DNA from: an uncultured Acidobacteriota bacterium | Lineage (GTDB): Bacteria; Acidobacteriota; Vicinamibacteria; Vicinamibacterales; UBA2999 | Assembly (NCBI GenBank): GCA_963734095.1 | Contig: CAVTGK010000055.1 | Coordinates: 96,900 to 160,899, forward strand | DNA: 64,000 nucleotides | Direction: 5' to 3' | Shown here: in pieces, positions 29,191 to 39,958 of the stretch | How positions within the stretch are numbered: position 1 is the first letter of the stretch | How the letters are laid out: the number at the start of each line of letters is the position of its first letter | The notes under the pieces: model-generated | Database searches by the model: none | Seen by the model: only the letters and a program-made list of their open reading frames with translations | What the model was told of the DNA's origin: nothing | Made by a program: the position numbers and the translations under genes

Positions 29191-29910
29191 GTGCATCAGT
29201 TCATCACTCGGGCGAGCCATGTGCTCGTGATCATCTGCTTCGCTTCGGTCGTCCACGCCCAGCAGCCGTCCTCCACACCCAGCGAGCCGGTGGTCGTTGT
29301 GTCAGGCGAAGGCCTTGTCCGCGCCGCGCCCGATCAGGCGTTTGTCACGCTCGCGGCCGAGAGCCGCAACCGGAATCCAAAAGAGGCGCAAGCGCAGAAT
29401 GCCACGGCGATGAGCGCTGTCCAACAAAAGCTGTCGGGTGCCGGCCTCGCCAAGGACGCGATCAGGACGTTGTCCGTTCAGCTCGATCTCGAATCCGACT
29501 GGGTGAACGGTCGCCAGGTTCCCAAGGGCTACGTCGCGCGCAACATGGTGGAGGTGCGCGTGGACGACGTCTCTCGGGTTGGCGAGATCATCGATCTCGC
29601 CGTGGGAAGCGGTGTGACCAATGTGCATGGCGTGCGGTTCGACGTCAAACAGCGCGACTCGCTCGAGCGTGAGGCGTTGAAGCGTGCAACCGCCGACGCG
29701 CGTGCCCGCGCTGAAGCCGCCGCGTCAGGCGCCGGACGGACGATCGACCGCGTGCTCCGGATCGAGGAGCCCGGCAGCCGTCCTTACCCAGTGCCCTCAA
29801 CGGTGATGATGGGGCGTGCGGTCGCCGAGGCGGCGGCACCGCCGACCCCGGTCGTGGCGGCCGAGATCGAAATTCGCGCGGCCGTCGTGCTCACGGCCAC
29901 GATCAAGTAG
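29191..29910 (+). CDS. SIMPL (DUF541) domain periplasmic protein
   Basis: V.GEG.V...PD.A, GY.A.N.V.V and A..DA.ARA patterns. Confidence 0.85.
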   Translation: MHQFITRASHVLVIICFASVVHAQQPSSTPSEPVVVVSGEGLVRAAPDQAFVTLAAESRNRNPKEAQAQNATAMSAVQQKLSGAGLAKDAIRTLSVQLDLESDWVNGRQVPKGYVARNMVEVRVDDVSRVGEIIDLAVGSGVTNVHGVRFDVKQRDSLEREALKRATADARARAEAAASGAGRTIDRVLRIEEPGSRPYPVPSTVMMGRAVAEAAAPPTPVVAAEIEIRAAVVLTATIK

Positions 29911-30583
29911 AACGTCGCTGGCGACGACCGTTCGTTGCCTTGATTGACGGCTCCCTGCCATTGTCGGGCAGCGAGAGACTTCGCCACAGATACCACGCCG
30001 CAACGGATCGATAAGGCCGCCATGCTTCGGCCATTCGCAGGAGTCGCTTCTTCGAAGGGCGCTGCCGCATGCGGTAGAGTCGCTGCGCGGCCTTGACCAG
30101 TCCAAGGTCATCGGCTGGGAACACGTCGGGGCGGCGCAGCCGGAACATCAAAAAGATCTCGGCCGTCCATGGGCCGATCCCTTTGACGGCCGTGAGTTGC
30201 TCCAGGACGTGAAGGTCTTCGCGTTCGTGCAAGGTGTCGAGGTCGAGGCGCCGATCGACGACACGCGAGGCCAGGTCTCGCAAGAACATGACCTTGGCGC
30301 GGCTGAATCCCACCCCACGAATGGTCTCGTCATCGAACTGCAAGAGGCGAACGGGCTCGGGGACGCCGTCGGGACCGAACAGGCCGCAGAACCGTCCGAA
30401 AATCGTGTCGGCAGCTTTCGTCGACAATTGCTGTGACGCGATGGCTTCTGCCAGGGCCATGAACGGCGGCGCTTGAGGAATGTCTGGCAAGCCACACGGG
30501 CCAACTTGTTTGATCAGAGTGGCGAGCCTGGGATCGACCCGCATCAGATGTCGCCGCGCTCGCTGATAGTCGGTAACGGTCAC
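29903..30583 (-). CDS. alkA: DNA-3-methyladenine glycosylase II (AlkA/HhH-GPD)
   Basis: I.SQQLS, VKGIGPWTA, FPADDLG and WRPYRSVAAWYLW. Confidence 0.88.
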   Translation of the reverse strand: MTVTDYQRARRHLMRVDPRLATLIKQVGPCGLPDIPQAPPFMALAEAIASQQLSTKAADTIFGRFCGLFGPDGVPEPVRLLQFDDETIRGVGFSRAKVMFLRDLASRVVDRRLDLDTLHEREDLHVLEQLTAVKGIGPWTAEIFLMFRLRRPDVFPADDLGLVKAAQRLYRMRQRPSKKRLLRMAEAWRPYRSVAAWYLWRSLSLPDNGREPSIKATNGRRQRRST

Positions 30584-30771
30584 GTGTTTGGGCTCTTTCG
30601 CAGGCCTATCTACCGCGCAGGGGCTCGCTCCCGGAGAGCCGCTCGGCTTCAGTCTGGCGGAAGACCGCTTCGCGGAAGGCGCTCGCCTCCGGCTCGCAAG
30701 GCTTCTGCCGTTCCGCGCAGAGCGGCCGTCCCGAAGCGGCCTTCCGCGCGTAGCGCGGCCCTGAAAGTGAT

Positions 30772-30796
30772 ATATTGGACCGTTCAGGTCGGATTT
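30772..30796 (+). promoter_or_regulatory. Candidate Rrf2 operator GACC-N5-GGTCGGATTT over extended -10
   Basis: TGaTATATTgGACCgttcaGGTCGGATTT immediately before ATG 30797; matches 33785-33809. Confidence 0.7.
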
Positions 30797-31768
30797 ATGA
30801 CGCTGTCGTGTGACGCCCTTCAAGCGACTGCGGGTCGCTCCATCCTCGACACGATCGGCCAGACGCCTCTCCTTCGGCTAACCCGGATTGAGCGGGACGT
30901 TCCGGGCATCGAGCTCTATGCCAAAGCGGAGTGGCTCAATCCTGGCGGATCCGTGAAGGATCGCCCGGCCGCGCGCATGATTTGCGAGGGGCTGAAGGCT
31001 GGGACACTCACCCGGGATCGACGCATCCTCGACGCGACATCCGGCAACACGGGTATCGCCTACGCGATGATTGGCGCCGCTCTTGGCTATGGCGTCACGC
31101 TGTGCGTGCCGTCGAACATCACTCCCGAGCGTCGGCGTATCCTGCGCGCCTATGGGCCGGAGCTGATCTTTACTGATCCGCTCGAGGGGTCGGATGGCGC
31201 CATTCGCGAAGCGCGACGGCGATTCGCCGCGGATCCCGGCGGCCTGTTCTATCCCGACCAGTACAACAACCGATTCAACTGGCTGGCGCATTACGACTCG
31301 ACAGGACCGGAGATCTGGGAGCAGACCGAAGGCCGCGTCACGCATTTCGTCGCCGGTCTTGGCACGAGCGGTACGTTCGTCGGCACAGGCCGAAGACTCC
31401 GGGAGTTGAGGCCGGCGATCACGCTCGCATCGGTGCAACCCGATTCGCCGCTGCACGGTCTCGAGGGACTCAAGCACATGGAATCGGCGATCGTGCCGGG
31501 GATCTATGACCCGTCGCTTGCCGACGTCGATCTGCGGGTGTCGACTGAAGCGGCGCACGCGATGACGCGCCGGCTCGCCGCCGAAGAAGGACTGCTGGTC
31601 GGCATTTCGAGCGGCGCCAATCTGGCTGGAGCACTGAAATTGCTCAACCGCGAGCGACCGGGCTTCAGTCAGGGAGCGGGCGTCAGCCCGGTCAAGGTCG
31701 TCGTGATGATCTTCCCCGACGGCGGTGAGCGCTACCTGTCGGAGAGCTTCTGGAACGAGGCGGAGTGA
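30797..31768 (+). CDS. cysM: PLP cysteine synthase (CysM-like)
   Basis: IGQTPL, NPGGSVKDR, TSGNTG, GTSGT and GISSGA. Confidence 0.88.
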   Translation: MTLSCDALQATAGRSILDTIGQTPLLRLTRIERDVPGIELYAKAEWLNPGGSVKDRPAARMICEGLKAGTLTRDRRILDATSGNTGIAYAMIGAALGYGVTLCVPSNITPERRRILRAYGPELIFTDPLEGSDGAIREARRRFAADPGGLFYPDQYNNRFNWLAHYDSTGPEIWEQTEGRVTHFVAGLGTSGTFVGTGRRLRELRPAITLASVQPDSPLHGLEGLKHMESAIVPGIYDPSLADVDLRVSTEAAHAMTRRLAAEEGLLVGISSGANLAGALKLLNRERPGFSQGAGVSPVKVVVMIFPDGGERYLSESFWNEAE

Positions 31769-32193
31769 TGGCCGTCACCTTGCGCGACGAGATCCTGGTT
31801 GCGATTCGGGATCACGGCGCTGATACCTATCCGAACGAATGCTGTGGTGCGCTGATTGGCCGCGATGCGATTGTCACCGAGTCGTTTGCGTTGCCCAACA
31901 CCACCGAAGAAGGACCCAGGCGCCGCTTTCTCGTGCGGCCGTCCGATTATCGTGCGGCGGAAGCACGCGCCGCTGAAACTGGCCGGGAGTTGATGGGCTT
32001 TTATCACTCGCATCCCGACCATCCGGCCCAGCCATCTCAGTACGACCTCGATCACGCCTGGCCATTCTTCTCCTATGTGATCGTGTCTGTACGGGACGGC
32101 CAGCCGCGCGAATTGCGCTCGTGGCGTCTTCGCGAGGACCGATCCCAGTTCGATGAAGAGCCTGTGAATACCGAAGTGAACGCCGAACGCTGA
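31768..32193 (+). CDS. M67/JAB metallopeptidase (Mec-like)
   Basis: YPNECCG and YHSHPDHPAQPSQYD JAMM motif. Confidence 0.9.
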   Translation: MAVTLRDEILVAIRDHGADTYPNECCGALIGRDAIVTESFALPNTTEEGPRRRFLVRPSDYRAAEARAAETGRELMGFYHSHPDHPAQPSQYDLDHAWPFFSYVIVSVRDGQPRELRSWRLREDRSQFDEEPVNTEVNAER

Positions 32194-32202
32194 GAGTGAA
32201 CC

Positions 32203-33696
32203 ATGCCAGTGAAGATTCATATCCCAACCCCGCTGCGCCCTTACACCGACAAGCTCGATGTCGTCGAACTCGAAGGGGCGACCGTGAGCGAAGTGCTCGC
32301 CAATCTCACGGCCCGCTTCTCCGGCCTGAAGCAGCACTTGTTCAATGAGGAGGGCAAGCTGCGAAGCTTCGTCAACGTGTATGTGAATGACGAAGATATC
32401 CGCTACCTGCAGAAAGATCGGACTCCTCTCAAGGCTGGCGACACGGTCAGCATCATCCCGTCGGTGGCCGGAGGGACGGGAACCATTGCCGAGGGCCGAC
32501 AACCTACGGCCGCCGCACCGTCGAAGACTCCGACGCGCGAACTGCCGCAGCTCTCGGCAGACGAGGTCAGACGCTACAGCCGTCACCTCATTCTTCCCGA
32601 AGTGGGGATGGACGGTCAGCGCGCGCTGAAAGCGGCTAAGGTCTTGTGTATTGGTGCTGGCGGGCTCGGATCTCCCGCGGCGATGTATCTGGCGGCCGCC
32701 GGCGTCGGCACGCTCGGCATCGTCGACTTCGATGTCGTGGACATGAGCAACCTGCAGCGGCAGTTGTTGCACGGTACCAACGACGTTGGCCGCCCGAAGC
32801 TCGACTCGGCAAAGGATCGGATCCTCGCGATCAATCCCAATGTCCACGTCGAGCCCTACGAGACCGCGCTCAGTTCCGAGAATGCGCTGCAGCTGTTCGA
32901 GCCGTACGACGTCATCCTTGACGGCACCGATAATTTCCCGACTCGCTATCTCGTGAACGACGCCTGCGTGCTGCTCGGCAAGCCGAACGCGTATGGCAGC
33001 ATCTTCCGATTCGAAGGGCAAGCCTCGGTCTTCGGAACCAGGCAAGGCCCGTGCTATCGGTGCTTGTATCCGGAGCCTCCTCCACCCGGGCTCGTGCCGA
33101 GCTGCGCCGAAGGCGGAGTGCTCGGCGTTCTGCCCGGCATCATCGGCACGATTCAAGCCACCGAGACCATCAAGTTGATCCTCGGCAGCGGCGAGCCGCT
33201 GATCGGCCGCTTTCTGATCTTCGATGCGTTGCGCATGAAGTTCCGCGAGCTGAAGCTTCGGAAAGACGAAGACTGCCCGGTATGCGGCACGCACCCGACC
33301 GTGACCGAGCTCATCGACTACGAGCAGTTCTGCGGCGTTGGGCCGCGATCGGAGAGTGACACAGTGGCTGGAACGACGACCGACGACATCACCCCACGCG
33401 AGCTGAAAGAGCGTCTCGATCGCGGCGAATCAATCGTCATAGTCGATGTGCGGGAGCCGCAGGAGTACCAGATCAATCGCATCGCCGGGTCGAAACTGAT
33501 CCCGCTGGGTGAGCTGCCGCAACGGTATGAGGAGCTCGACCTGAACGCGGCCATCGTGTGCCAGTGCAAGTCAGGGACGCGCAGCGCCAAGGCGACGGGG
33601 TTCTTGCGGTCGATCGGCTTCAAGAACGTGCGAAATCTCTCGGGCGGGATTCTGGGTTGGATTGATCAGGTTGATCCGTCCCAACCCAAGTACTGA
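32203..33696 (+). CDS. moeB: MoaD/CysO-like ubiquitin-like carrier fused to MoeB/MoeZ (ThiF adenylyltransferase plus rhodanese)
   Basis: N-terminal IPTPLR..IIPSVAGG; RYSRHL, GAGGLGS, SNLQRQ, two CxxC; rhodanese CKSGTRS. Confidence 0.9.
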   Translation: MPVKIHIPTPLRPYTDKLDVVELEGATVSEVLANLTARFSGLKQHLFNEEGKLRSFVNVYVNDEDIRYLQKDRTPLKAGDTVSIIPSVAGGTGTIAEGRQPTAAAPSKTPTRELPQLSADEVRRYSRHLILPEVGMDGQRALKAAKVLCIGAGGLGSPAAMYLAAAGVGTLGIVDFDVVDMSNLQRQLLHGTNDVGRPKLDSAKDRILAINPNVHVEPYETALSSENALQLFEPYDVILDGTDNFPTRYLVNDACVLLGKPNAYGSIFRFEGQASVFGTRQGPCYRCLYPEPPPPGLVPSCAEGGVLGVLPGIIGTIQATETIKLILGSGEPLIGRFLIFDALRMKFRELKLRKDEDCPVCGTHPTVTELIDYEQFCGVGPRSESDTVAGTTTDDITPRELKERLDRGESIVIVDVREPQEYQINRIAGSKLIPLGELPQRYEELDLNAAIVCQCKSGTRSAKATGFLRSIGFKNVRNLSGGILGWIDQVDPSQPKY

Positions 33697-33784
33697 CTGT
33701 CACGAAGGTCACGCACGCGGGGGCCTGTCCCCTGTGACGAGCGGTGGGACCGACGCCTGGGCGCCGATCCCCCATTGAGTGCTA

Positions 33785-33809
33785 AAATAAGACCTAGAAG
33801 GTCGGATTT
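33785..33809 (+). promoter_or_regulatory. Candidate Rrf2 autoregulatory operator over extended -10 (TGcTAAAAT)
   Basis: AAATAAGACCtagaaGGTCGGATTT. Confidence 0.7.
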
Positions 33810-33828
33810 CAACACGAGCTGAACGAAA

Positions 33829-34296
33829 ATGCTCAGGCTGTCAAAAAAGGCCGATTACGCACTGATGTCGATGAAACACCTGGCCGGCCGGCACGAGTCG
33901 GGCGGGTCGTCGAGCGCCCGCGAAATCGCGGAGTCGTACGAGATCCCGCTCGAACTGTTGGCGAAGGTCCTTCAACGGCTCGTGCGGGCCCGGCTGCTCG
34001 TGTCGGTGCAAGGGACGCGCGGTGGCTATCGGCTCGGACGCCCGGCGACCACGATTTCGGTGGCCGACGTGATTCAGGCAGTCGATGGACCGGTCACGGT
34101 CACGGCCTGCTCGCCGGACGACCACCGGTGCGAGCAGTATTCGAAATGCAGCATTCGCGACCCGCTGTGGAAGATTCGAGGCCGGATTCTCGAAACGCTC
34201 ACGACCGTAACGGTTGCGGATCTGGCACTCGATCCGCCGCCGGTTGCTCCTGAAACTCATTCCGTCTCGAGGATGACGTTCGTCACGGATCATTGA
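33829..34296 (+). CDS. Rrf2 family Fe-S regulator (IscR/SufR-like)
   Basis: KKADYAL, G.RGGY.L and three Cys (Cx6Cx5C). Confidence 0.9.
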   Translation: MLRLSKKADYALMSMKHLAGRHESGGSSSAREIAESYEIPLELLAKVLQRLVRARLLVSVQGTRGGYRLGRPATTISVADVIQAVDGPVTVTACSPDDHRCEQYSKCSIRDPLWKIRGRILETLTTVTVADLALDPPPVAPETHSVSRMTFVTDH

Positions 34297-34297
34297 C

Positions 34298-35446
34298 GTG
34301 ATTTATCTCGACTACCAGGCGACGACTCCAGTTGATCCGGCGGTGCTTGCGGCCATGTTGCCGTATTTCACCGAGCAGTTTGGAAATGCCGCGAGCCGGC
34401 AACATCGACTGGGATGGACCGCCAACGAAGCGGTGGAGGGGGCGCGAGCGTCGGTGGCTCGGCTGATCGGGGCCAATGCCAAGGAGATTGTCTTCACCAG
34501 CGGCGCGACCGAGGCGAACAACCTGGCGTTGAAGGGTCTCGCAGAGGTCCGACCGGCGGAACGCGATCACGTGGTGACGGTCGTGACCGAACACAAGTCG
34601 GTCCTCGACACGTGCAAGCGGCTCGAATCGTTCGGGTGTCACACCACGGTGCTGGCGGTCAATCGTGACGGAATGTTGGATCTCGACGCGTTGGGCGCGT
34701 CGGTGACCAGGAAGACGCTGGCCGTCAGCGTGATGGCGGCAAACAACGAGATTGGCGTGCTGGCGCCGTTGAAGCAGATTGCCGGGATCGCGCACGCGAA
34801 AGGCGCGCTCCTCCATACGGATGCGGTCCAGGCCGCCGGCAAGGTGCCGTTCGATGTGGAGGCGCTCGGCGTGGATCTCGCGTCGTTGACGGCCCACAAG
34901 CTGTACGGGCCCAAGGGTGTCGGGGCGCTCTATGTTCGGCGGCGCAATCCACGCGTTTCGATCGCCGCTCAGGTCGATGGCGGCGGTCACGAGCGCGGTA
35001 TGAGGTCGGGCACGCTGAATGTTCCCGGAATCGTGGGCTTCGGCGCGGCGGCCACACTGGCCAGCCAACAGATGACCGCCGAGGGCGATCGCCTGACGGA
35101 GCTGCGGTCGCGGCTTTTGTCAGCCCTCGCGCGAGAGGTGAGTGACCTTGTCGTGAATGGCACCCTCGACGCGCGGTTGCCCGGAAACCTGAACGTCAGC
35201 TTTCCAGGCGTCGATGGCGAGGCGTTGCTTGTGAGCTTGTGCGACGAAGTGGCGATTTCATCGGGCGCCGCGTGCACCGCGGCTGAGCCTTCGCATGTGT
35301 TGAAGGCGCTCGGACACAAGACCGAGCTGGCGCTCGCATCGTTGCGCTTTGGCTTGGGGCGTTGGACGACAGAGGCCGAGATCGATCGAGCGGTGATGCT
35401 CGTGGCCGGTGTGGTGTCGCGGCTGCGGGCGATGTCGCCCGTTTGA
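34298..35446 (+). CDS. iscS: Group I cysteine desulfurase
   Basis: [38 protein letters not shown] and SSGAAC. Confidence 0.9.
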   Translation: MIYLDYQATTPVDPAVLAAMLPYFTEQFGNAASRQHRLGWTANEAVEGARASVARLIGANAKEIVFTSGATEANNLALKGLAEVRPAERDHVVTVVTEHKSVLDTCKRLESFGCHTTVLAVNRDGMLDLDALGASVTRKTLAVSVMAANNEIGVLAPLKQIAGIAHAKGALLHTDAVQAAGKVPFDVEALGVDLASLTAHKLYGPKGVGALYVRRRNPRVSIAAQVDGGGHERGMRSGTLNVPGIVGFGAAATLASQQMTAEGDRLTELRSRLLSALAREVSDLVVNGTLDARLPGNLNVSFPGVDGEALLVSLCDEVAISSGAACTAAEPSHVLKALGHKTELALASLRFGLGRWTTEAEIDRAVMLVAGVVSRLRAMSPV

Positions 35447-35459
35447 GGTGGTGGCTGTG

Positions 35460-35852
35460 ATGAATTACTCCCCGGCGGTTCTCGAGCGCGTGCGCGACCC
35501 CAAGAACGTCGGGTGGTTGCCGCGTGACGCGCCGGACGTTGGAACGGGCGAGGCGGGAACTTTGGAGCGCGGAAGCATGACGCGGATTCAGGTTCGGGTC
35601 GATCGGACGACCCGACGGATCGGCGAGGCGGTGTTCAAGGTGTTTGGCTGCAGCGCGGCGATTGCGAGCGCCAGCCTGGTCACGGAACGGCTGCTCGGCG
35701 CCACCATCGACGACGCACGCGGGATGGAGTCGTTGGCCGTCGTCGCCGAGCTGGAATTGCCCATCGAACGGGCCAGCGTTGCCGCGCTGGCCGTCGAAGC
35801 CGCGAAGAGCGCGATTGAGGACTGGGAACGAAAGCATGATCGAGATCTCTGA
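35460..35852 (+). CDS. Degenerate IscU-like protein
   Basis: YS..V....PKNVG, FKVFGCSAAIASAS and ELELP; only one Cys retained. Confidence 0.8.
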   Translation: MNYSPAVLERVRDPKNVGWLPRDAPDVGTGEAGTLERGSMTRIQVRVDRTTRRIGEAVFKVFGCSAAIASASLVTERLLGATIDDARGMESLAVVAELELPIERASVAALAVEAAKSAIEDWERKHDRDL

Positions 35853-36165
35853 GAGCGCGGCGCGCGTCATCACGCGCCAGTTGGCGAAGAACAAGATCGA
35901 AGGCGGTGGATTGCGCGTGGCCGTCAAGGCTGGCGGCTGCTCGGGCTTCAGCTATGTCTTCGCCTGGGATCAGAGGCCGCGTGATACCGACCTGACGTTC
36001 GAAGGTCCCGGCGGTGCCAGGATCTTCGTCGATCCACGCAGCTTCAAGCTGCTCGACGGCACCGTGCTGGACTTCGACGAGAAGAACATGTTGGCGACGA
36101 ATTTCACGCTGCGAAACCCCCACGCGAAGTCCACGTGTGGGTGCGGGGAGAGCTTTAGCGCCTGA
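35836..36165 (+). CDS. iscA: A-type Fe-S carrier
   Basis: GGCSGFSY, NP.A..CGCGESF. Confidence 0.92.
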   Translation: MIEISESAARVITRQLAKNKIEGGGLRVAVKAGGCSGFSYVFAWDQRPRDTDLTFEGPGGARIFVDPRSFKLLDGTVLDFDEKNMLATNFTLRNPHAKSTCGCGESFSA

Positions 36166-36170
36166 CGGCG

Positions 36171-36253
36171 CAGTGACAAGTTGCAAGTTCCGAGTTACAA
36201 GTTCCAACGCCTGAACGCAACTTTGAACTTGTAACTTGTAACTTGTAACTGAC
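36171..36253. repeat. Inverted heptamer arrays (ACAAGTT)n...(AACTTGT)n
   Basis: Read directly; forms a long imperfect hairpin. Confidence 0.9.
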
Positions 36254-36268
36254 AGGGATCGAGAATTC

Positions 36269-37714
<1,446 letters not shown>

Positions 37715-37741
37715 GTCATCCTCCCGAAAGGGACAGACCAT

Positions 37742-37781
37742 GTCATCGGGGGACAGGCCCCGTCATCGGGGGACAGGCCCT
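37742..37781. repeat. Two tandem copies of GTCATCGGGGGACAGGCCC; related reverse copy at about 33720-33738
   Basis: Read directly. Confidence 0.85.
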
Positions 37782-37798
37782 GTTAAGTGGGAGTAAAG

Positions 37799-38561
37799 AT
37801 GCTTGAAGTCCGGAACTTGAGAGTACGTGCGGAGGACAAAGAGATCCTCCGCGGAGTGAGTCTGTCGGTGGGGAAGGGCGAAGTCCACGCCATCATGGGG
37901 CCCAACGGATCGGGCAAGAGCACGCTCGCGCGCGCGCTGTCCGGTCACCCGGGCTACGAGGTGACGAGCGGTGAGGTCCTCTACGAAGGGAAGGATCTGC
38001 TCGAGATGTCACCCGATGAGCGCGCCCGTGACGGCCTCTTCATGGCGTTCCAGTACCCGGTGGAAATCCCCGGTGTGAACAACGCCTACTTCTTGAAGGC
38101 GGCGTTGAACGCCCGCCGGAAGCAGCTCGGTCTCGAAGAGCTCGACGCCATCGACTTCATGCAATTCATTCGTACCAAGGCGAAGCTCCTGCAGGTGGAC
38201 GAAGCGATGCTGCAACGATCCGTCAACGAGGGTTTTTCCGGAGGAGAGAAGAAGCGTAACGAGATCTTTCATATGGCCGTTCTGGAGCCGAAGCTGGCGA
38301 TTCTCGACGAGACCGACTCGGGGCTCGATATCGACGCGCTCAAGATCGTGGCGAATGGCGTCAACGAGATGCGCGCTCCGGATCGATCGTTCATCGTCGT
38401 GACCCATTACCAGCGGTTGTTGAACTACATCGTGCCGGACTACGTGCACGTGCTGAGCGACGGTCTGTTGGTCCGTTCCGGCGGTCGCGAGCTGGCGCTC
38501 GAGCTCGAAGAGAAGGGCTACGTGTGGCTGGAGCCGTCGGCGGCGAGGGGCCAAGGCATGA
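37799..38561 (+). CDS. sufC: SufC ATPase (reads through into sufD in this sequence)
   Basis: GPNGSGKST, FQYP.EIPGV, FSGGEKKR and LDETDSGLDIDA. Confidence 0.93.
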
Positions 38562-39958
38562 CGTCAGTTGCTGAACGGCACGACGCGGTGCTGGCCGAGC
38601 AGGCTCGATTCGCTCAGGGGCGCGGGGCCACCGCGCCGCAGTGGCTGCGCGACCTGCGAGCTCGCGGCGCTGCGCGTTTTGCCGCTCTGGGCTTTCCCAC
38701 GGTGAGGCAGGAAGAGTGGCGGTTCACCAACGTCGGCCCGATCGCAGAGACGACGTTCCGTCTCGGCGAAGCCGCGCCAACGAACGCGTCGGAGTTGGCG
38801 TCGCGCGTGAGCATTCCCTCGGTCGCCGCGCGACTCGTCATTCTCAACGGGCGCTTCGCGCCGGAGCTATCTGATGTCCGCGCGCTTCCTGTGGGCGTCG
38901 TTGCCGGAAGCCTGGCGCGCCATCTCGCCGGCGACGCACCCGAAGCGGCACATCTTGGACAGGTCCCATGGGAGCAGGCGCCCTTCGTGGCGCTGAACAT
39001 CGCGTTCCTGGAGGACGGCGCGTTCATCGCCGTCCCCGCAAACACGATCGTCGAGCACCCGATTCACGTGGTCGTGATCAACGGGGGCGCCGGCAAGACG
39101 ATGGCCCATCCGCGGACGCTGATTGTCGTGGGTGCGAACAGTCAGGTGTGCGTCGCCCAAACCTTCCTGGGCGCGGCCGGCGAATGCCACTGGACAAACG
39201 TGGTGACCGAGGTGTCGCTGGGCGAGAACGCGACGTTGGATCTCGTCACCGATCAGCGCGAGACTGACACCGCCTATCACACCGCGGCTTTGCACGTGCA
39301 CCTGCAGCGCAGCTCGACGTTCCGCTCACGTACCGTGATTCTGGGCGGGAAGCTTCTCCGCAACGACGTCATGGCGGTGATGGGGGGCGAGGGCGCGCAT
39401 TGCGCCCTTGACGGGTGCTATCTCGTCGACGGCGAGCGCCTGGTGGACAACCACACGACCATCGACCATGCCACCCCGCATTGTACGAGCCACGAGCTCT
39501 ATAAGGGCATTCTCGACGGGCGCGCCCGCGCGGTGTTCAACGGCCGGATCATCGTGCGCGAGGATGCGCAAAAAACCGACGCCAAGCAGACCAATCGCGC
39601 GCTGTTACTGTCGGATGCAGCCATGATCAACTCGAATCCGCAGCTCGAGATCTTTGCGGATGACGTGAAGTGCACGCATGGTGCCGCGATTGGCCAGCTG
39701 GATGAAGAAGCGCTGTTTTATCTGAGAGCCCGCGGCCTGACCGTGAAGGACGCACGAGACATGCTGATCCACGCCTACGCGGGCGAAGTGCTGGAAGGCA
39801 TCAGCATCGAGTCGTTGCGGCATCAGCTCGAGCGAGAGCTGTTCGTACAGTTGGATCGGGACCTCGCGGATCATGCAATCCCGGCTAACCAGCCGTCGCC
39901 AGGGCTACGGCGGTCCGCCGAAGCTTCAGCGGAGGCGGAAGCCGGGTCCCTCAAGTGA
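38558..39958 (+). CDS. sufD: SufD
   Basis: EEWRFT, FNG.I.V...AQKT and PQLEIFADDVKCTHGA. Confidence 0.93.
   Translation: MTSVAERHDAVLAEQARFAQGRGATAPQWLRDLRARGAARFAALGFPTVRQEEWRFTNVGPIAETTFRLGEAAPTNASELASRVSIPSVAARLVILNGRFAPELSDVRALPVGVVAGSLARHLAGDAPEAAHLGQVPWEQAPFVALNIAFLEDGAFIAVPANTIVEHPIHVVVINGGAGKTMAHPRTLIVVGANSQVCVAQTFLGAAGECHWTNVVTEVSLGENATLDLVTDQRETDTAYHTAALHVHLQRSSTFRSRTVILGGKLLRNDVMAVMGGEGAHCALDGCYLVDGERLVDNHTTIDHATPHCTSHELYKGILDGRARAVFNGRIIVREDAQKTDAKQTNRALLLSDAAMINSNPQLEIFADDVKCTHGAAIGQLDEEALFYLRARGLTVKDARDMLIHAYAGEVLEGISIESLRHQLERELFVQLDRDLADHAIPANQPSPGLRRSAEASAEAEAGSLK

Noticed and set aside
37787-39958. Apparent SufC-SufD fusion (723 aa)
   Set aside because: The junction has GCATGA (an ATGA stop/start overlap) just after a G-run. 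One indel restores separate genes, and indels are frequent in this window.
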